Positions 13,041-14,251 of a DNA stretch of 14,251 nt are shown here, one piece after another. Under the pieces are notes generated by a model. That model searched no databases. It was not told the DNA's origin and saw nothing but the letters and a program-made list of their open reading frames with translations. Location: assembly GCA_040905425.1 (NCBI GenBank), contig JBBDRO010000115.1, forward strand, positions 1-14,251. Reading direction: 5' to 3'. Source of the DNA: Gemmatimonadota bacterium. GTDB lineage: Bacteria; Gemmatimonadota; Gemmatimonadetes; Longimicrobiales; RSA9. Every line of letters starts with the position of its first letter. Position 1 is the first letter of the stretch. A program made the position numbers and the translations under genes.

Positions 13041-14090
13041 AGCGCCGCCGTGCCGCGGCTGGCGTTGGCCGATGAGCCGGAGCTCTCGATCGGCGCGGTG
13101 GAGGGTGCGCCGGCGCTCCTCTTCGGCCCCAACCTGAGCGGCCTGCTGCTCGAGGATGGCGGCGTGGCCGTGGCCGAACTCACGGCCCGCGAGATCCGCT
13201 TCTTCGACGCGGGAGGCGCCCACCTCCGCACCGTCGGCGGGCGGGGCGGCGCGCCGGGCGAGTTCGCTTTCCTGGGCAACATCCAACGGCTGAGCGGGGA
13301 CACCGTCCTGGCCCTGGACAGCCGCTCTAACCGCTGGACGTGGGCCACGGCCGGCGACGGCATCGTGCGCACCCTCACCGAGCCCCGTGGCCCGCGCATG
13401 GTCCTCGGCACCGGCCGGGCGGTACGCCTGGAATTTCAGCGTGCTGAACCGGGTCCCCCGAACGTCATCACCCGCGACCGCGTGGAGGTCATCGTCTTCC
13501 GACCCGGGGAGCCCGCGGAGGATACGCTCACCACGCTGCCCTGGGTGGACGTCTATTTTGCGCCGCCGGAGGTGGCCGGCACCCCCCGGCCGCAGCAGAT
13601 CACCATCCCGTACGGTCGCAAGCGTCCAATGGCGGGCGGCCTGGACCGCTTCTTCACCGGCTCCGGTGATCCCTTCCAGGTGGAGGTCGTGGACGCCGCC
13701 AGCGGCCTGGTGGAACTCTGGCGACGTCCCTGGACGCCCCTGCCCGTGACCGACGCCATGATCGAGGACGTGGTGGAGGGCCGAGGCCGCGTCCCGCCCT
13801 CCATGGCCGGCCTGGTGGAGGCAATCCGCCGCGCACCCCGGCCCGCCGCCGCCAGCGCGTACGAGGAGCTCAGGGCCGGTGGCGACGGCAGCGTGTGGGC
13901 ACGCCACGCGCGGCTATTCCGCGCCGACCCCGTGGTGTGGAGCGTCTTCGCGCCGGACGGCACGCTGCGCGGCGAACTCACCCTGCCGGACAATGTCTCG
14001 CTGGCCGACCCCCGCGAGGACCGCGCACTGGTCGTCTGGCGGGACGCTCTGGACGTGCCGTTTCTGCGGGTTTATCGGGTGGTGCCGTAG
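12867..14090 (+). CDS. Putative 6-bladed beta-propeller (TolB/NHL-like) lipoprotein, paralogue 3
   Basis: Start at ATG 12867 (GAGGAGG at 12857-12863) or ATG 12891. Signal RRRLLWCAMPLLAVVSGA|C. Motifs RDSAGVRIVES, PELSIG, GGRGGAPGEF, WSVFAPDGTLRG and DALDVPFLRVY. The ORF-track start at 12648 overlaps the divergent gene and is unlikely. Confidence 0.85.
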   Translation: MRSTLLPSMGNGPPHPRRRLLWCAMPLLAVVSGACATDGPAGAGGVQVRDSAGVRIVESAAVPRLALADEPELSIGAVEGAPALLFGPNLSGLLLEDGGVAVAELTAREIRFFDAGGAHLRTVGGRGGAPGEFAFLGNIQRLSGDTVLALDSRSNRWTWATAGDGIVRTLTEPRGPRMVLGTGRAVRLEFQRAEPGPPNVITRDRVEVIVFRPGEPAEDTLTTLPWVDVYFAPPEVAGTPRPQQITIPYGRKRPMAGGLDRFFTGSGDPFQVEVVDAASGLVELWRRPWTPLPVTDAMIEDVVEGRGRVPPSMAGLVEAIRRAPRPAAASAYEELRAGGDGSVWARHARLFRADPVVWSVFAPDGTLRGELTLPDNVSLADPREDRALVVWRDALDVPFLRVYRVVP

Positions 14091-14113
14091 CGCTCTACCG
14101 ACGCGCTTCGGCA

Positions 14114-14251
14114 TCACCTCGCCAGTCGTCGTGTCCAGTCCACGAAGCCGTCGAAGCCCGGCTCCTCCGAGAGACGGACGGCTTGCGCCGTGCCGGCGGC
14201 GCGGACGATGTGGACCTCGGCGTTGAGAGCGGTGACCCGGCGGTGGAAGGC
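14114..14251 (-). CDS. 3' end of a gene entering from the right edge, probable TolB/PD40-type beta-propeller
   Basis: The minus strand reads AFHRRVTALNAEVHIVRAAGTAQAVRLSEEPGFDGFVDWTRRLAR* (TGA at 14116-14114), resembling the PD40/TolB blade pattern AF......EI.....G....RL....G.D...W. Only 45 codons are visible. Confidence 0.55.
   Translation of the reverse strand, partial: AFHRRVTALNAEVHIVRAAGTAQAVRLSEEPGFDGFVDWTRRLAR

Noticed and set aside
13914..14117. 67-aa minus-strand ORF starting at the stop of the TolB-like fragment
   Set aside because: Almost entirely antisense to the conserved C-terminus of lipoprotein paralogue 3, with no recognisable motif.

Overview
GC-rich bacterial window made almost entirely of cell-envelope genes; the gene content suggests Gemmatimonadota (inference, not tested). 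Left to right: (1) the 3' part of a surface protein with tandem 87-aa Ig-like repeats and a C-terminal DUF3494 ice-binding-like domain; (2) an 8-stranded OmpA-type beta-barrel protein with a Pro-rich hinge and a C-terminal domain that is not OmpA_C; (3) a convergent ClC-family anion transporter with a C-terminal TrkA-C domain; (4) a translationally coupled operon of a BlaI-family repressor, a BlaR1/M56 peptidase whose sensor is replaced by HEAT repeats, and an exported HEAT-amidohydrolase fusion, preceded by two TACTAC-N5-GTAGTA-type operators; (5) a Tat-signal DUF362 protein; (6) three paralogous beta-propeller lipoproteins, of which the two divergent ones share a perfect in-frame 28-bp inverted repeat around their promoter/leader region; (7) the 3' end of a probable TolB/PD40-like gene. 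The best candidates for an undescribed system are the BlaI/M56-HEAT/HEAT-amidohydrolase module, the possible invertible leader cassette between the lipoprotein genes, and the Thr-laddered DUF3494 adhesin paired with the beta-barrel. No RNA genes, CRISPR arrays or mobile-element genes were recognised. All family calls come from motif recognition by eye; no searches were run.
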